From positions 136,152,001-136,216,000 of the forward strand of contig OZ024740.1 in assembly GCA_964016885.1 (NCBI GenBank): a stretch of DNA of 64,000 bases. Reading direction: 5' to 3'. Positions 12,421-27,480 of the stretch are shown here, piece after piece (within the stretch, counting starts at the first letter, position 1; each line of letters starts with the position of its first letter). The notes beneath the pieces were generated by a model. It did not search any database and had not been told where the DNA came from. It was given only the letters and a program-made list of their open reading frames with translations. A program made the translations under genes and the position numbers. This stretch comes from Eledone cirrhosa. Lineage: Eukaryota.

Positions 12421-13696
12421 AGAATTGGTCTGTCAAAGAAAGATGAATGCGTTTTCGGGAAAAAGCAAAACATTTAATTTCTCATAGTTGTTCGATATTT
12501 TCAACTTGATTTAATCTTCACGTTAGATTGATATACATTATTGCATTATAAATTTTTAAGACTATATTTCTGATTTGACCTTAATACCTCTTGAATATTC
12601 TAATACATCTTCATTGTGTCTTGCTTAATTATATCATCGTTATTTTGTAATATTCTTGATGAATCCTGCAGCTCATCAAATCTGAGGAGCACTTCTAGCA
12701 TCTTAAAATTCATAAGTCGACAGGATTGTCCAAGGTCGACAGGATGATGCCCGATGGTCTTGCTCCTTGCCTTTGGGCTAGAGGTAAATATCTCATGGGA
12801 CGCCACAATTAGTGACTCTTTCGTTCCTTTACACACCCTGGATGTTGAGGCAAAAGTGAGAGCCACTGCATCCATAGCCGAACGGAATAAAATTCTGAAA
12901 TACCAATAATTATCGATAAACTTTTTTTTTTTTTCAACCAAGAACATTCAACGAGTTTTTTGTCATTGTTGGCCATTCACTTTACTGAAGTATCAAGTGA
13001 CGTTTGCAAAAGTACTTGGCTATTCCAGCAGCTTAGCCTCGATATCACCTGCGGCAATACTGTGAGTGTCTTGGCTTGCCTCAAACATTTTTAAAAGGAA
13101 ACACCAGTATTCACTGTTGTAGTATGAGGTTTAGTCTTCCATTTCTTTCTCTGATTAATCTTTATTAATTTGTTTCTTTTATAAATCATACTCATTATAT
13201 AAATTGTGTACATATGTAAAGAAAGAAAGCCGTACACATTCATATAGCGCATCTAATGGGAAAATAGCCTAATGAAGTCAATCACTCTCCAAGTTATGTT
13301 TACAGAACGGGCGTAGCTTTTTACTACCTTACCACACATTATTCAACTTAAACAACGACTGTTGCTTACTTCAGTAGTGAAGAGTACCTTCCCGAGATAG
13401 ATATTTAAACTTATCTCAACTAAGTAAGCAAGAGTTCAATGTTTTGATCATGAGCAACGCACAGTGCTTGGAACGAGATATGCACTGGCGATTCTTCGAT
13501 TACTAAACCAATATCCTATTGACATGACCAGCTACAAATCCCTTTTGCGTGTTGATTTCTTTTGATGAATCCTCAAATAACTTTTAAAGAAAATAGCTCA
13601 GTTGAAAGTGTGGTGGTCATGCCTGAAAAAACATTGGCGACATAAATAAAATGGTTTCACCGGGACTGGATAAACTCAGTCTATCAAGTGCTCACT

Positions 13697-14146
<450 letters not shown>

Positions 14147-14271
14147 TAAAGTTATATTTAAAATTGTTGGGTTACAACTAGTAAATATTTATAACTGATA
14201 TAAAAGCACTCGACAAATACTTGGAGTATATTTACAATATTAAATAAATGGAAAACTATATTTATAAAACC

Positions 14272-14348
14272 ATATTTATTTCATTATATATATTTCGGGG
14301 ATATCATATTAACAATATGCTATGCCTTCATCAGACAAAATACAATAT
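14272..14348 (-). ncRNA. Hammerhead ribozyme motif at the 3' end of the Naiad-type PLE
   Basis: Minus strand: attttgt-CTGATGA-aggcatagcatatt gtt aatatgatatcccc-GAAA-tatata-TA-atgaaat, with a palindromic stem III. Confidence 0.7.
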
Positions 14349-14707
14349 AAACAGTTTTATAGATAAATATATTCGACATACCGTAATAAACATCAACTTC
14401 ATTTGAAGAGGTTCACTCTAGCAGTGAAAACACAGAGAGAAAGAAAGAGAGAGAGAAAAGAGGGAAATAAGAAAGAAAGAAAGACAAAACGAAGAAAAGG
14501 AAGAAAAAGAAGAAAAAGAAGAAATGCATGGGACAAAATAGAGAGATGGAAAAATAGATAAAGCGAAGAGCTTCATGTAAAGAGACCGAAAGAGATATAT
14601 ATATATATATAGAGAGAGAGGAAATAGAGATAGATACATATATAAATATAGATATAGAAAAATTAGGTAGTGGGAGGTCATTTTGAGTAAGTGTATCAAT
14701 GATGCAT

Positions 14708-14742
<35 letters not shown>

Positions 14743-15999
14743 GCTCAAGTATTAATGTAAGGGAGATATAGAGAGATATAGAGAGATATAGAGAGAGAAA
14801 AATTTAAAAATAGCCAGACATATTCGAGGCGTAGAAAACCCTATGTTTTAATGTATTAGTATTTATAAAACTTACACTATATTGTAAATATCAGTATTCC
14901 TGAATGAAACAAGTATTCACAATGCGTGAAAATTCATTATCTTATGTTTAGTTTTTAAAAAAAAAAAATTCATATGTCTATGTGAATCCAACTGATTCAC
15001 TCCGCAAATTCAAAGTTACCGGAAAACATTCTCAATGTGGTATAAACATTTGAGCGTATTATTATTCTTGCGATTACTCTACAAGATTATCTATCAAGCA
15101 GAAATAGAGAGCAGATTTCAATATACTAATCGAAAATATATATTATATTATAAGCAGAGATAACAATAATAATGATAATAAGTAAAAATATATAAAAATA
15201 TAAAAATATAGAATAGAAAACTAAAAAAGAATATTACGAAAGAATATTACATAATAAAAATATTGCATATTAAAAATACTACGTATTAAAAATATTACGT
15301 ATTAAAACTTTACATATAAAAATATTAAAAATATTAAAAATATTAAAAATAAAAATTTAGATATAAAAAAAAAAAAAAAAATTTACATATAAAAATATTA
15401 AAAATAAAAATAAAATAAAATAAAAAATAAAAATATAAAAATATTATAGAATACTACAATACTAAAAGAATAAAAATAAAAATACAAATAAAAATAAAAA
15501 TAAAAATAAAAATAAAAATAAAAATAAAAATAAAAATAAAAATGAAAATAAAAATAAAAAATAAAAATGAAAATAAAAAATAAAAAATAAACCACAAAGA
15601 ACAACCCTTCAAGGTTAATTGACAATATATTGCCAAGTTCACTACAAGACAAAGCCAAAAATTATCTATCAAATCACATCTAGCAAGGAATATCGCAAAA
15701 AAAGATTATGATGTCCAATAATGTCTATATATGTTCCTATATTTAATATATAAGTTTATCAAGTGTAAGGTTAATTCAGAAAATTTGGAGCATCGGCTTT
15801 TAGGGTAGCTTAATTTTTCATGAGGAATGTTTAGATAAAAATAAAAATAAAAATAAAAATAAAAATAAAAATAAAAATAAAAATAAAAATAAATACAATA
15901 AAATAAACAATAAAAAGAGTAAAAAGAGGGAATCAAAGATTTAGGAATCAAAAGATTTATCGGCTAGTTCTCATATAAATATAAATCAAACTAAATATA

Positions 16000-17897
16000 C
16001 TACATTTTAAATTTAAATTTATATTTAAACGTTGAGTTTAATCTATGTTTGCAACAACTGAATAAATTTGTCCGTAGGTTAAGGGAATTTTTAGATTTTA
16101 GTATAAAGAATATCTCCTCTGCGCAGAGGTCACATGTCTCAGAGGATGAATTAAAAGGAATCCCTCTTGAGACTATATTCCAAGCCGTCGAATATCTAAC
16201 GTTATCTAGCTTAAGTTGCCAGAGTACACCTGATAGTGCCGTTGAAGATTTTTTATTTGGATCTGTGAAAGAATTCTTGTGGTTATTATAGCGAAGTTTA
16301 AATTCCGTCGATGTGGAACCGACGTAGTTAAAAGAATTAGAGTCAGTATTAACATTACAATTGTATACTATATTTTTAACTAAGCAGTTGTTATTTAACG
16401 GACATTTAGATCTATCTCTACAGTTACATTTGTTAACTTGTATATTATTTATGCTATTATCAGTAGGTTTTAAGTTCCTATTATTTATTCTATTAATATT
16501 TTGTGCTAAATTTTTGGTGGATGAGTAGGTTAATTTAATTGTATGCCTATTGAAGATTGAGTGGTACCTATGTGTTCTAGGGAAGCGATTATCAAGAGCT
16601 TTGAAAAATAATTTAGCGATGTGGGTTTTAATGTTTAGTGAGAAAGGGGGGGCAAACCAAATTATGTTCCTAGTTCTATTTCTTTTTTGTCCTTTGGAAT
16701 TATTGTAATGCTTTCTATTATAGTTGTTAATGTTGTTGCCATAATTAAAAAAGTTGTTACTTTGTTTAGTTTGTTTATCATTATCTATGTACACAATCTT
16801 ATCAGCATACCCTGCCCTAGCTAGTGCATCATTATAGTATTGGGCCTTTTCGTCAAAAATCTTTCTATTCGACGAGATCCTAGAGACACGCTTTTGGACT
16901 GAGTTTACTATAGTGTTTTTGACAGATCTGGGGTGGTTAGAGTTAAAGTTGACATAGTTTAAGTTTTCATTCAACTTGTGAAAAGGATAGTGGAGACATG
17001 TGTTGAGATTTAATGTTATATCTAGGAAATTGACTATTCTATGGTTGTTCTCAATTTCTATTTTAAGGTTAAAGTAATTAAAAAATTTTGTAATTTGTTT
17101 ACATTTTCTATTTAGTTCAGGGTTATTATTATTAATGAGTAAAAGCATGTCATCCCTATATAAACCTCCGGTAGTACCAGGTAATTTCCTATGTAGCGAA
17201 TTGATTAAAAATAAGCCCACAAGGTCAGTTACTTGAGCTGAGTCGGAAGATCCCATAGTTATGTCAAAATTGCTATCTCTATCTGCTCTGGTCCATAATT
17301 TGTCATCAAATTCTATCAAAGTTTTCCTAGCCGATAATATAATATGCATTTCTTTGCTAGTTAGGTCCGTATGTTTGAATGCGTAATTTAGTGCCTTATT
17401 TAGTAGACTAGGGGTAATAGAAGAATAATAGTTAGCTATATCAAGTTGAATAAACCTATTATTATTGTCATATTTAATTTGCCTAAACCACTCAACAACC
17501 TCTCCAGTTCCCTTCCACAAGCTCAGGTTAGATACATAATCCAAGTTCTTAATTTGCAGTATCACCCTGTCAAGAATGTTTTTGCTTAATTTGCCCAGGT
17601 CCGATTTTGAAGGTGCGATTAATCTAACTGGCAGGTCAATCTCAAAATTCCTCTTGTGGTCCTTCATATTGATCTTCGGTTTCCTGGGCACGAAAGGTTG
17701 TGTTCTGTTCTCAATTTCCAACTCATGCATTATACAAGATGCTTCAACATTCATTTTCACAAGTTCGGTCTTATCTGCTACCTTGTATTTTTTCCTCAGC
17801 TCTTTCAGTATGAGGCCATTATACATGTCTTTCTGCACTCCATAGAGGTTGTTGGTCTTGTCAGATTTCACCAAGATCTTCTCAGTTTTCTCTAAGC
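16000..17897 (-). CDS. PLE polyprotein: reverse transcriptase + GIY-YIG endonuclease (N-terminally truncated, about 630 uninterrupted codons)
   Basis: RT motifs [34 protein letters not shown] and SNHP; linker CNCR...CPLNNNCL; endonuclease [16 protein letters not shown]; C-terminal CDLC..E and CCKHR. The predicted start at 18144 is a palindrome/(TA)n artefact. Confidence 0.9.
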
Positions 17898-18144
<247 letters not shown>

Positions 18145-18368
18145 TATATAATAACTTGTGTGTTACACCTCTATTCTTTTAACTATATATAAATATATAT
18201 ATATATATCATATGAAATAATACAGCCAATTTTCCAAGCAATACTTTTAGTTAGCACCCCGAACGCATAATTGGGAATATAATCACTTATTTCCTAATGT
18301 TTGTTGAGTGAGTTGGAATTTGGCCGGAGTATCGCTAAAAAGCTTTCTCCGATATTGTATTTATTTAC

Positions 18369-18411
<43 letters not shown>

Positions 18412-18693
18412 AATATATCATTTACTTCTTTTCATATAATACAGCGATTATAGTTTTGTCGTAAATATTCGATGCATATACGAGTGTCGTTAAAACCATT
18501 GAAAACAGCATAAAAGTCACAATTTTCCATTCTACAAATTCTCTTCAAGTTTCGTGCTTCAAATAAGCATAATTGTTTTTTGTTTGTTTATTATTTTTTC
18601 TGGTTATAATTTCATGCCATAGTTACCCACCTTTGATATTATTGAAACGAACGTGCAGAGACGCACGATCATGAAAAACACAGTGTGTGTTTG

Positions 18694-18742
<49 letters not shown>

Positions 18743-20324
18743 CTGGGCCGTCAGTGCACTGGTTGGTCTTATTTGTGGCTTGCTTCGTCATGCATTGTCC
18801 TACAACTCGTCTATGTGCAAGTGAGTCGTTATTTTGATATGGTGGTACTGTGAATTCACATTTCATTCTGAGTCCAGGCTCTGGTCGAATATACTCTTAA
18901 ATCTATCAGCTATCCAGGAAACGAAATTGTGCTGTAAAATGTTGGTAAGCGGTGATCGTTTAGGAAAATGAAACTCAAACCCACCAACCAGCTACCCAGT
19001 CAACCATTTTGTATACGATGACTTCCAAAGTGTAAATTGTCGGCTTTATGGAATAACATTGATTGATCTTAAGAATTAAAGCCTTTTTATGTACAGTTTC
19101 ATACGAGGTCGAGTTCATGCTAATTAGCCAGTCAGCCATTTTATATACGACTTCCAATTATATATAGATTATCGTCTCTATCGAATATCTTCAATTGATC
19201 GTAAGAATTATAGCTTCTAATTTTATAAGAAGTGAAATGTGTGATAAATAGTTCAACCTGTTTCTAATCGGGGAAATACATTCAATTTCCTCTTAGAATC
19301 TTACCAAAATTTTAAAACAAATTCTAAAAAAGATTGTCTTGTCACATAAAACATTTCTTATTTAGGTTCAATATCACACAAGTACGACTTTAGGCAAAGA
19401 GTGTTCAACTATCGTTGAAGAATATGATAATATTCTCCAACGTCTAGTTAAAATAACTGCTGCTAGAGGCTCCCTTCCGAAATCTAAAATATATTTTACT
19501 TATTATTCATTTTCCTAAACTTATAAAAGAAAAATAATAATTTGCTACTGAATATCACCAAATGTTAAGCTCAAAACTCCAGATCTATGAAGCACGAGAA
19601 ATAAGTTGTTTAGAGGCTAACAAGTAGTGGGGGTGAAGAGTGCGCGGGAACAGTAATGTGAGCGAAATGTGAGGTAAACGAAATAGAAAGGGTGGGGCAG
19701 AGAGACCTAAAACCCTAATTCAAACCATAATAGTATCACGTGAAAGAGTGGCAGAAGCAGTTGTAAATAAAGATCAAGGCTGTTGGCCAGAAGTCGCCAA
19801 AAAATTCTAAAGAATTAATGGCCGTATTATTTGTTCAGGGGTTTAATGGCACATTCGTAAATAACCTCCTTGACTTTAAATACACAAATTTGATCTCGAA
19901 AAATATCAATAGAAGGCGTAGCGCGGAAAACACTAATTGTATGCTGGAAAAGTGTTCACTGGGAGTCTGAAGCGTATAATCATACTTCATACTTCGCGGG
20001 GCAGATATTCCCAGATTTAATATGATCTGCTCTTTGAATTTTGCAAGTTTGAGCCATTGTTTTGGAGAACACTGCAGACTGAGAGGTTAGGTAGTTGGGT
20101 GAGTTAAAAGTTTGTGCTTGGAGGCTCCTGGTGTGCTGTTAGGAACTTCGGAGAAATGATCATATAAACGGCACCCCTCGTTTATGTACAGAATATACTG
20201 CCTAGCATGCATTTGCCTGCTATGCAGTATGCTAGATTGAAGGCAGATATGCTTAATTTTAATACAATTGCTATAAACACTAACAAGACTAAATTCCACT
20301 GATTTGAATTGAGTATCGGTACTA

Positions 20325-20620
20325 TTAAGGCGGCGAATTAACAGAGTCATTATAACGTCGGATAGAATGTTTTGCGGTAAGTCAACTTTGCCTTTCATTC
20401 ATTCGAGATCGATAAAAAAAAGTACCAGTCTAGTACTGGGGTTGATTCTTCCTCTATATCTCTTTCTCACTTCCATTCTCTTATTCTCTCTATCTCTAGA
20501 AAAATCTGCTGTATTCAGACATAGAGAGGACATGGGCTCCGCCAGCTATAAAAATGCCCTAGAAACGCCGTATGTCAATACGGAGCCGTTGCGACTCCCT
20601 CGGGAGGCATGGAACCATGC
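20325..20620 (+). mobile_element. SINE variant with an extended 3' part
   Basis: Major-family head and core followed by tattcagac...atgggctcc; sister copies at about 30440-30750 (-), 32420-32670 (+) and 49563-49870 (+). Confidence 0.75.
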
Positions 20621-20718
20621 ATGCATTGGTACTATTTGTATGCATTGGTACTATTTGTATGCATTGGTACTATTTGTATGCATTGGTACTATTTGTATGC
20701 ATTGGTACTATTTGTATG
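20621..20718. repeat. 19-bp perfect tandem repeat, 5 copies
   Basis: (atgcattggtactatttgt)5. Confidence 0.95.
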
Positions 20719-21564
20719 ACTATTGATCAATAATTATAAAAAACGTAAAAAAACAATGAATGGTAAAGGGGATATTACGTGATCTTTTTTTCTCATTCAT
20801 AGTAAAGTTGAATGTAAATAAGTATCTTAATTTAGTCAAACTAAAAATACTAAAATCCGTCTTTATTATAAAAATATTTAATATTTCTATAACAGTCATT
20901 CCCTGAAAATGTGTATCTCGGTTCAACCAACATTACAGGATTTTAGCAGTGTGTTACAACTAAATACGAAATCAAATTATAAGAAAGATATTGGAAAGAA
21001 ACCAATGAATATCTATAATAAATTGATGATGGAAGGACTTCATGATTATTTATTATACACGAACGCTGTGGTTACTTATTTATTTACTATTATACTTTCC
21101 CGTCACTACTTTCTTTGTGCAACCAGGATCTTCATTTTTTAATCTATATCTTGTTTATTTTTTACTAAGAATGTTCTGAAAGAGTAGCTAAGAATATTGA
21201 CTTATTATTGTCTAATTTCAACACCTCAATGTTTATAACACACTTTCTGCTTTTAAGTTTCATGTTTATTCTGAGAATGGATTAATAAACCTTAATAAAA
21301 AGCATAAACAAATCTATTTCAAATAACAACAATACTACAGATATTTAAAAACGGAAAATGAAGGGAAGGGCAAGGGCTCTGGGATCACAAGAGAATGGGA
21401 GGGACAAGGAGAGAGGTAGTCTCTAGGCATAGGGCGCGACGGTGATGGGGCTGTGTAATGTATGTTCTGAGTTTTTTTATCATAGAGAGCTTTTCATGAT
21501 TAATAGTAATTTTTTGTTTGTTCTTTTGGGGTTTTTAGGCATATGTGGTTCAATGTTTATCATT

Positions 21565-21691
<127 letters not shown>

Positions 21692-21733
21692 CTGTAGGTA
21701 GGGAAGCGACTGAGTGTGTGTTATGTATTAGAT

Positions 21734-22032
21734 CAGTGATTCCCAAAGTGGGTGCTACCGCCTTTGGTGGAGGAAGAGACTCAAAAGGAGTGGTAGGGTA
21801 TCATTGAAAAACAGGGATTGGTGAAGAAGGAAAGGGACAAAGAATACAAATTAGTAGCAGTTGCTCGTAAAACTGTCACCTTTAGTTATTCAATAAATGT
21901 TTAAATAGAACAAACAAAAAATATTAAGATTTAATTTTCAGTGTATAATTTTTATCAACTTTATAGTGGAGAGCCTTGATGAAATATGTTCTCTAAAAAG
22001 GCTATGATAGTTCAATAGTTTAGGAAACTATG
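21734..22032. mobile_element. hAT-Charlie-like MITE
   Basis: TIRs cagtgattcccaaagt / agtttaggaaactatg; 8-bp TSD tattagat / tattaaat (7 of 8 match). Confidence 0.7.
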
Positions 22033-22210
22033 TATTAAATTAGTAGTTCCCATCTGCAGCAGATGTCTTGTTTCCAAGACACTAAATTATAGATACGTCA
22101 GTAAAGGTGATTTTATATGAAGAAGGTAATGGAAAACCACACCAGTCTATCTTTTCATTTGAAAATCGTATGTATTCTTAGTCAAGAAGACCGCAAAGCG
22201 TCGATTGCGA

Positions 22211-22284
<74 letters not shown>

Positions 22285-23689
22285 CACACACTTCTTTTAC
22301 TATTACCTCCTCGATTCAAAGATATGTGGATTTTGGTTCACACTTGATCCCCACCCACTACTTCCTATAAACACACAAGCAAGACATCCTATTGCTCTAT
22401 AAGACACAAATCTCTGATCCTTTATCTCTAAATAAGCCAGCAAAGAACACTGTCTACGCCACCTGGAGGAAGTCGCCCACCACAACAAATTGGAAGGCTT
22501 TTACCCATTACCACAACGCATTGCCATCTGAAAAGTAAATGAAGCTATAGTGAACTTTGTAACTCATTTCATTAGTTACAAACAACACTCAACTAAATCA
22601 CTCAAATGCTAGACCACAAATTTTCTGACCATTCTCTTGCCAACACCAAATACAGAGCAAACCACTTATTATAATCATAGATTGATGTCATCGATCGGAT
22701 ATTGTTATCAAATTTAGTGGGTGTTCCCAAACACTTTATTTTAAGTGTTATCAACATTTTCAAGCAATTTGCTACGCAACCATTATAATCAGAACGGAGA
22801 TTAAAAGAAATGCGCCACTAGCAACAGAGACAAAGTAAGGTGATGGGGTGATGGAAACGTGTGTTATTTCTGAGAATGGAGGAGATATTAGTTTGTTTTG
22901 TTGATGTGGCTTGCGGCATTGGTGTATATGTGTACAGGAAGCCGTTTATTATGATCGTAGTTAAAGTTATCAAACGACTGTTGTTATAAAAATTAATGGA
23001 TCCCAAACGTCATTTAAAACAAGTTAATCGCTCATTAGAATCAAATTTCTGAATATTCTTATATCCTCTTCTTAATGCTATCAGCCTGTTATTGTTATCG
23101 AAACGGCTTCGACTCACATCATTCACAATACGTGGCTTCTATTGTATATAACCTTGTTAAAACAGCATTACAAAGAACGGGATTTCTCTTGAAAGTCAAG
23201 ATATACTTCAGTTCTGGTCAGTTCTGACGGTCTACAAATCTCAAATAAGATCTACAATGGAGTACTACTCATATACATAGGACTGTGTTGCTGCAATGAC
23301 GGCTGCTGCTACTACACACTCAGACAATATTCTCGACCGCGCCCAAAGGAAACCATTTGACTGGATGACAAACATTCATGCAGCAATTCGTTTCAAACCG
23401 AAAAAGAGAGCTATACTTTGAAACTGAATCTATGCTGGCGACAAAAATATGATAATCGCAAGCATAACTGGTGTTATTACAGCCACGTGGTTCTAGGTTC
23501 ATTCTGTTGGGCATCACCTTGGATAAGTTTATTTTTTTACCGATATCATGTGAATTGAATTCGGAAACCCGTCAAATTGACTTCTTTTAATTTATTCCTG
23601 TGTGATAGACAACGGCAAACCACCTCTGTAATGTGCCAAGAAAGCTTTGTGTGTGTTCCAGAAGTCAAAATCTAACTTGACAATACATA

Positions 23690-23787
23690 CAGGGTGTCCC
23701 CAGAAATGTATACACACTTTGATTACCGGTACAGGCAATATTTATTAGAATGCTGTTGAAGTATGTATACATTTTTGGGACACCCTC
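23690..23787. mobile_element. Tc1/mariner-type MITE
   Basis: cagggtgtcccc...gggacaccctc with TA flanks; same family as 6927-7027. Confidence 0.8.
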
Positions 23788-26479
23788 TATATAGTTTTAT
23801 AGTCAATATAATGCTATATTTGTCTGGTAGATTATTTCATCAACTCCGGAAGGATGAAAGATAAAGATAACCACAGCAGAAGTTGAATGTTAACGCAAAG
23901 GTACGTAACTATATACAGCAAGATATTTAACCCGCTGTGGTACTTGTAAAAATATAGTAGCAACAAATTGCTATTCAGTTAGTGTCCAATTTTGCTTTTA
24001 CAAAGATTCTGTAAAAATATATATAACTCGTCAAATTGCAGAATTTCTGAGTTCAATATTATATTATATTCTTAATAATATAGTAATGTGGACTGAAATA
24101 AATTGAATCAGTTTGTTCAATACTGATTCAATTCAAGTCAATACAATAAATTACATTGAAGTAAATTGAATTAAGTATGTATGTTTACGCGTTTCTGTTC
24201 ATGTGATTGAGTCGAAAATATAATTTTGCTTGTTACGATTGCATATTTCCTTGCCTTATTCTAATTTTGTTTGACCATTCACAAAAACAAAGACGACAGT
24301 AACCATGCACATGACAGATGTTGTGTATATGCACCTGATTAAAAAGTTTATTTTTATGATTCTAGTTCAAACATATGTCGATATGCAGGCATGTCTAAAG
24401 TAGTGGTAATTGGGTGGAAGTTTGAACGGTGACAGCAATGGTGATGGTAGCCGTCGTGGTCATATAGATGACACTGGAAGTGTCTTTGTTTGGAGCGGTG
24501 CTTATTTCCTATTCAGATTGTTCGAAGGGAATTGAATATATGCTAGCGACAGAAATATATTGCATGGGTCAACAAAACCAAGCACGGTTTAGTGTACGAG
24601 GGGTGCCTGGAACCACACGTACATCATAGATATTTTAGGAGCTGTGCACTCTGTTACTTGGTCAGTCCATTCGTACTTTAATCGCCTCTTCGTTACCTAC
24701 ACTTTATTCTACTTATTTTTTTATTGTCTTATTATTTACTTTTCAGGAAAAATTCTTCAATTCGGGGAATATGTGTTGTGCAAGCAACAATGTCGGCACT
24801 TCTTTTATACTTTTGTTTGTCTTCTTTTTATTGATATTCTTATGGCAGTTGCTGTTACCTTTTCTTATTGTTCCCTGTTATTGTTGTTGTTGTTGTTTCA
24901 AATACTGTTGTTGCTGCTCTACTTTTTTTTCCCGCCCACGGTGAGGATGACAACTTTTGGCGCACATAAACTTCGTTGATTTTAGGATTTTTAAAATAAG
25001 TCGGAGCTCTGTGGAGTTATTGTTGACACACAACCATACATTTCTTGCTGGAAGTGCTACAGGAAAACAAAAGTCATTTATCTCAGAATAAAACTGCATT
25101 CATTCACTTCGCATCCAGACAGTTGTTTTTGTTTGTGGCTGTTTTTTTCCTTTCTTCGTTAGTTAAATTTCTTTTTCTTTTCTAGTTATTGTTTTTTCTT
25201 TATTTTGTTAATTTATTTGTTTCGTTCTTTACTTCCTTCAGTCATTTTTCTGTTATAATAGAATCTTGAAATCGAGTAACATTTTTCCTACATGTTTTGT
25301 TTTTCGTTGGTCTTCTTGCAGGTGTGTTTTATGTATTTTATGAATTTTGTTATAATTTGTTTTAAATAACTTGGTTCACGTTGTTTTACATACTTGTATT
25401 TCGGGTTCAATTGTAGACATATATCACTATCTCAATAATGTATAGAAAATTTAAAAAATAGACACGTAGAATTAAATATAATGTCAATAAGTGCGACGTC
25501 GAAAATATTCACCCAAAACAATATTACTTTGTTGAAGAATACAAAAGAGGCCATTTTATGCAACGAGTTTACTTACGACAGAACAAGGAAATAGCTTCAC
25601 GTTCTGAAAATATCTATCCCAAGTTGAAGATAAATAATTTCTTCCTGACATAGACATGAAATCTGAGATATTTCAGAGGGGAAAGAGTTGAGGTTGGGGC
25701 TCTCATGCATTCCTCAATGACGTTGAGTGCATATCCTCATTCATTTTATTATTGTTGTTATGGAGAATGCTAAATGACCATCTATCGGAACTGTCTTACA
25801 TCACCCGCCCGACTCAGTGGGCTTATCACCACTAGGGCTTTTGTATGTTTTGATGCTTTGAGACTTTGCAAAGGGACTCCCCGCTCAAACTGGTAAACAG
25901 AAAGGTGGTGTCTGCATATGCACACGAAGTCACAAGTATAGTGATGGACACATTGAAAATTGACGTTAGCCGCAGCATGAATGATACTAGGAGCAAGGGT
26001 TAACCTAGTCGGTGGGATTGGAATTTGTTATCTAGAGAGACACGTCAATATGACTCAACTTATGCCGCTGGAGTGTAGGGGAGGTTTGCTTCAGACTAGA
26101 CACATTTGGCCTGAGTCTATTACCAACTTTGCACAATTCTGGACACAAATTACCTTAGTTTGAGAGGAAATTAGATATGCGGTGCAAGTGGAGTCTCGTA
26201 GCGTCAGTGGAGACTTAATATTCGCTTTAACAAAATTAAAGTAAAACGTTGTACTTGGGTGTTGAATATATGGTGAGATTAATAGTTATTGTTTCGGATA
26301 TTTCATCGTGGATTTCAAATCGTTCGTCTATATTATGTTTTTAATAGAGTCGTGTAGGAAAACCAGGTGCGTTCATGGATACGATAGGGATGGGTCCAAA
26401 ATGTTTGGAAACTATTGCATGAAATTACTAACCTTTATTTTTTGAAGCACCCATGACAGTATACAAGCATTCTTACATT

Positions 26480-26780
26480 GGTGCTTTTGATGTGATTGAT
26501 GTTCAACTTGAATTTCTGTAGAGGGTGCATGTAGGAAGGCGTGGAATAGAAATAAATTTCAGAGGAATCCGTTCTGGGTAGAAAGGATTTGGAAAATAGT
26601 TTAAAGTTGGGCTCGGGTAAGACACAGTAAGAATCCCGTGTAAAGGATAAGCAGGTGTACCTGAAAGCACACGGATAAATAGTTAAAAGGAACAGAAGTC
26701 TTAATAATATAATAGAAGAGACAGTGAGGGGAAACAACGCTTCTGTTAGATAGCGATAGCAATATCTTGATAGTTCTATT
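26480..26780 (-). pseudogene. Decayed CR1/Zenon-like LINE 3' fragment
   Basis: FSKSFLPRT-like C-terminal motif; a similar remnant lies at about 42200-42660. Confidence 0.45.
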
Positions 26781-27274
26781 TTGTTAATTAGTTGTGTGTG
26801 TGCGTGGGTGTGTAATATCATTGCATCTCCAGATATGTAAGCAGCACACATGACATGAGGAAAAGTTCAGAAACTGATCGGTATTTTAATATTTTCTTGC
26901 TCGGAAAATGTGTGGGTTGCATATTCACAATGTTTGGTTCGCATAAAACATTCTCAATGATTATGAAGCCTAGCAATTGTAGCGGCTCAGTGGGTTTGAC
27001 CGTATGTTGTATTTTTTAATATGCATGATTTAGTATCGTTTCTTTGTTGGATGTCATATCTGTGTTTGGTGTTGCTGAAGAGCATTACCTTTCCATGTCT
27101 CTATTAGAGTCTCAGTTGGCATGTCAATAATTTGATCATGGACGTCTATTTTTGGCTTGGGGTGTTTAAGTTTCATGTGAATGACATTGTGTAAAAGGTT
27201 AAGTAGATTAAGTTGGTGCTATTACCTACGTAGGAGTGTTGGCATAATTAGATAGGACAATGAGATCATTATAT

Positions 27275-27480
27275 ATGGTGGATTGGTAGAGCGTTGGATA
27301 ATATGCTTTGCGACATATTGATACGTCCTTTTAGTTCTGAGTTTAAATCCTGCTGAGGTTAGCTTTGCCTTTCATCTTTACGGGGTCTATAAAATAAAGT
27401 ACCAGTAACGCACTGGGATCGATTTAATCGACTTTCCCCTCCCCAAATTGTTGGCCTTGTGCCTAAATCAGAAACAATTA
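27275..27480 (+). mobile_element. Major-family SINE
   Basis: Consensus match ending in gaaacaattat. Confidence 0.8.

Larger units (their letters stand above)
14147..17897 (-). mobile_element. Penelope-like retroelement, Naiad-type, 5'-truncated, inserted in (TA)n
   Basis: RT+GIY-YIG frame followed by about 1.85 kb of AT-rich 3' region with (TATTTT)n arrays and a hammerhead near the end; long (TA)n on both sides. Assigning the whole 3' region to this element is an inference. Confidence 0.8.

Noticed and set aside
12600-12947. 115-aa ORF as a host exon or transposase
   Set aside because: No recognisable motif or splice context.
16000-17897. Selenoprotein-type Naiad (in-frame UGA plus SECIS)
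   Set aside because: The retained frame has no in-frame TGA and ends at TAG, and I could not identify a SECIS by eye.
20621-20718. CRISPR-like array
   Set aside because: Contiguous identical units with no spacers, no cas genes, and a eukaryotic context.
27275-27480. tRNA genes at gttcaaatcc / gttcgattcc motifs
   Set aside because: They are SINE heads followed by SINE cores, with no complete cloverleaf.
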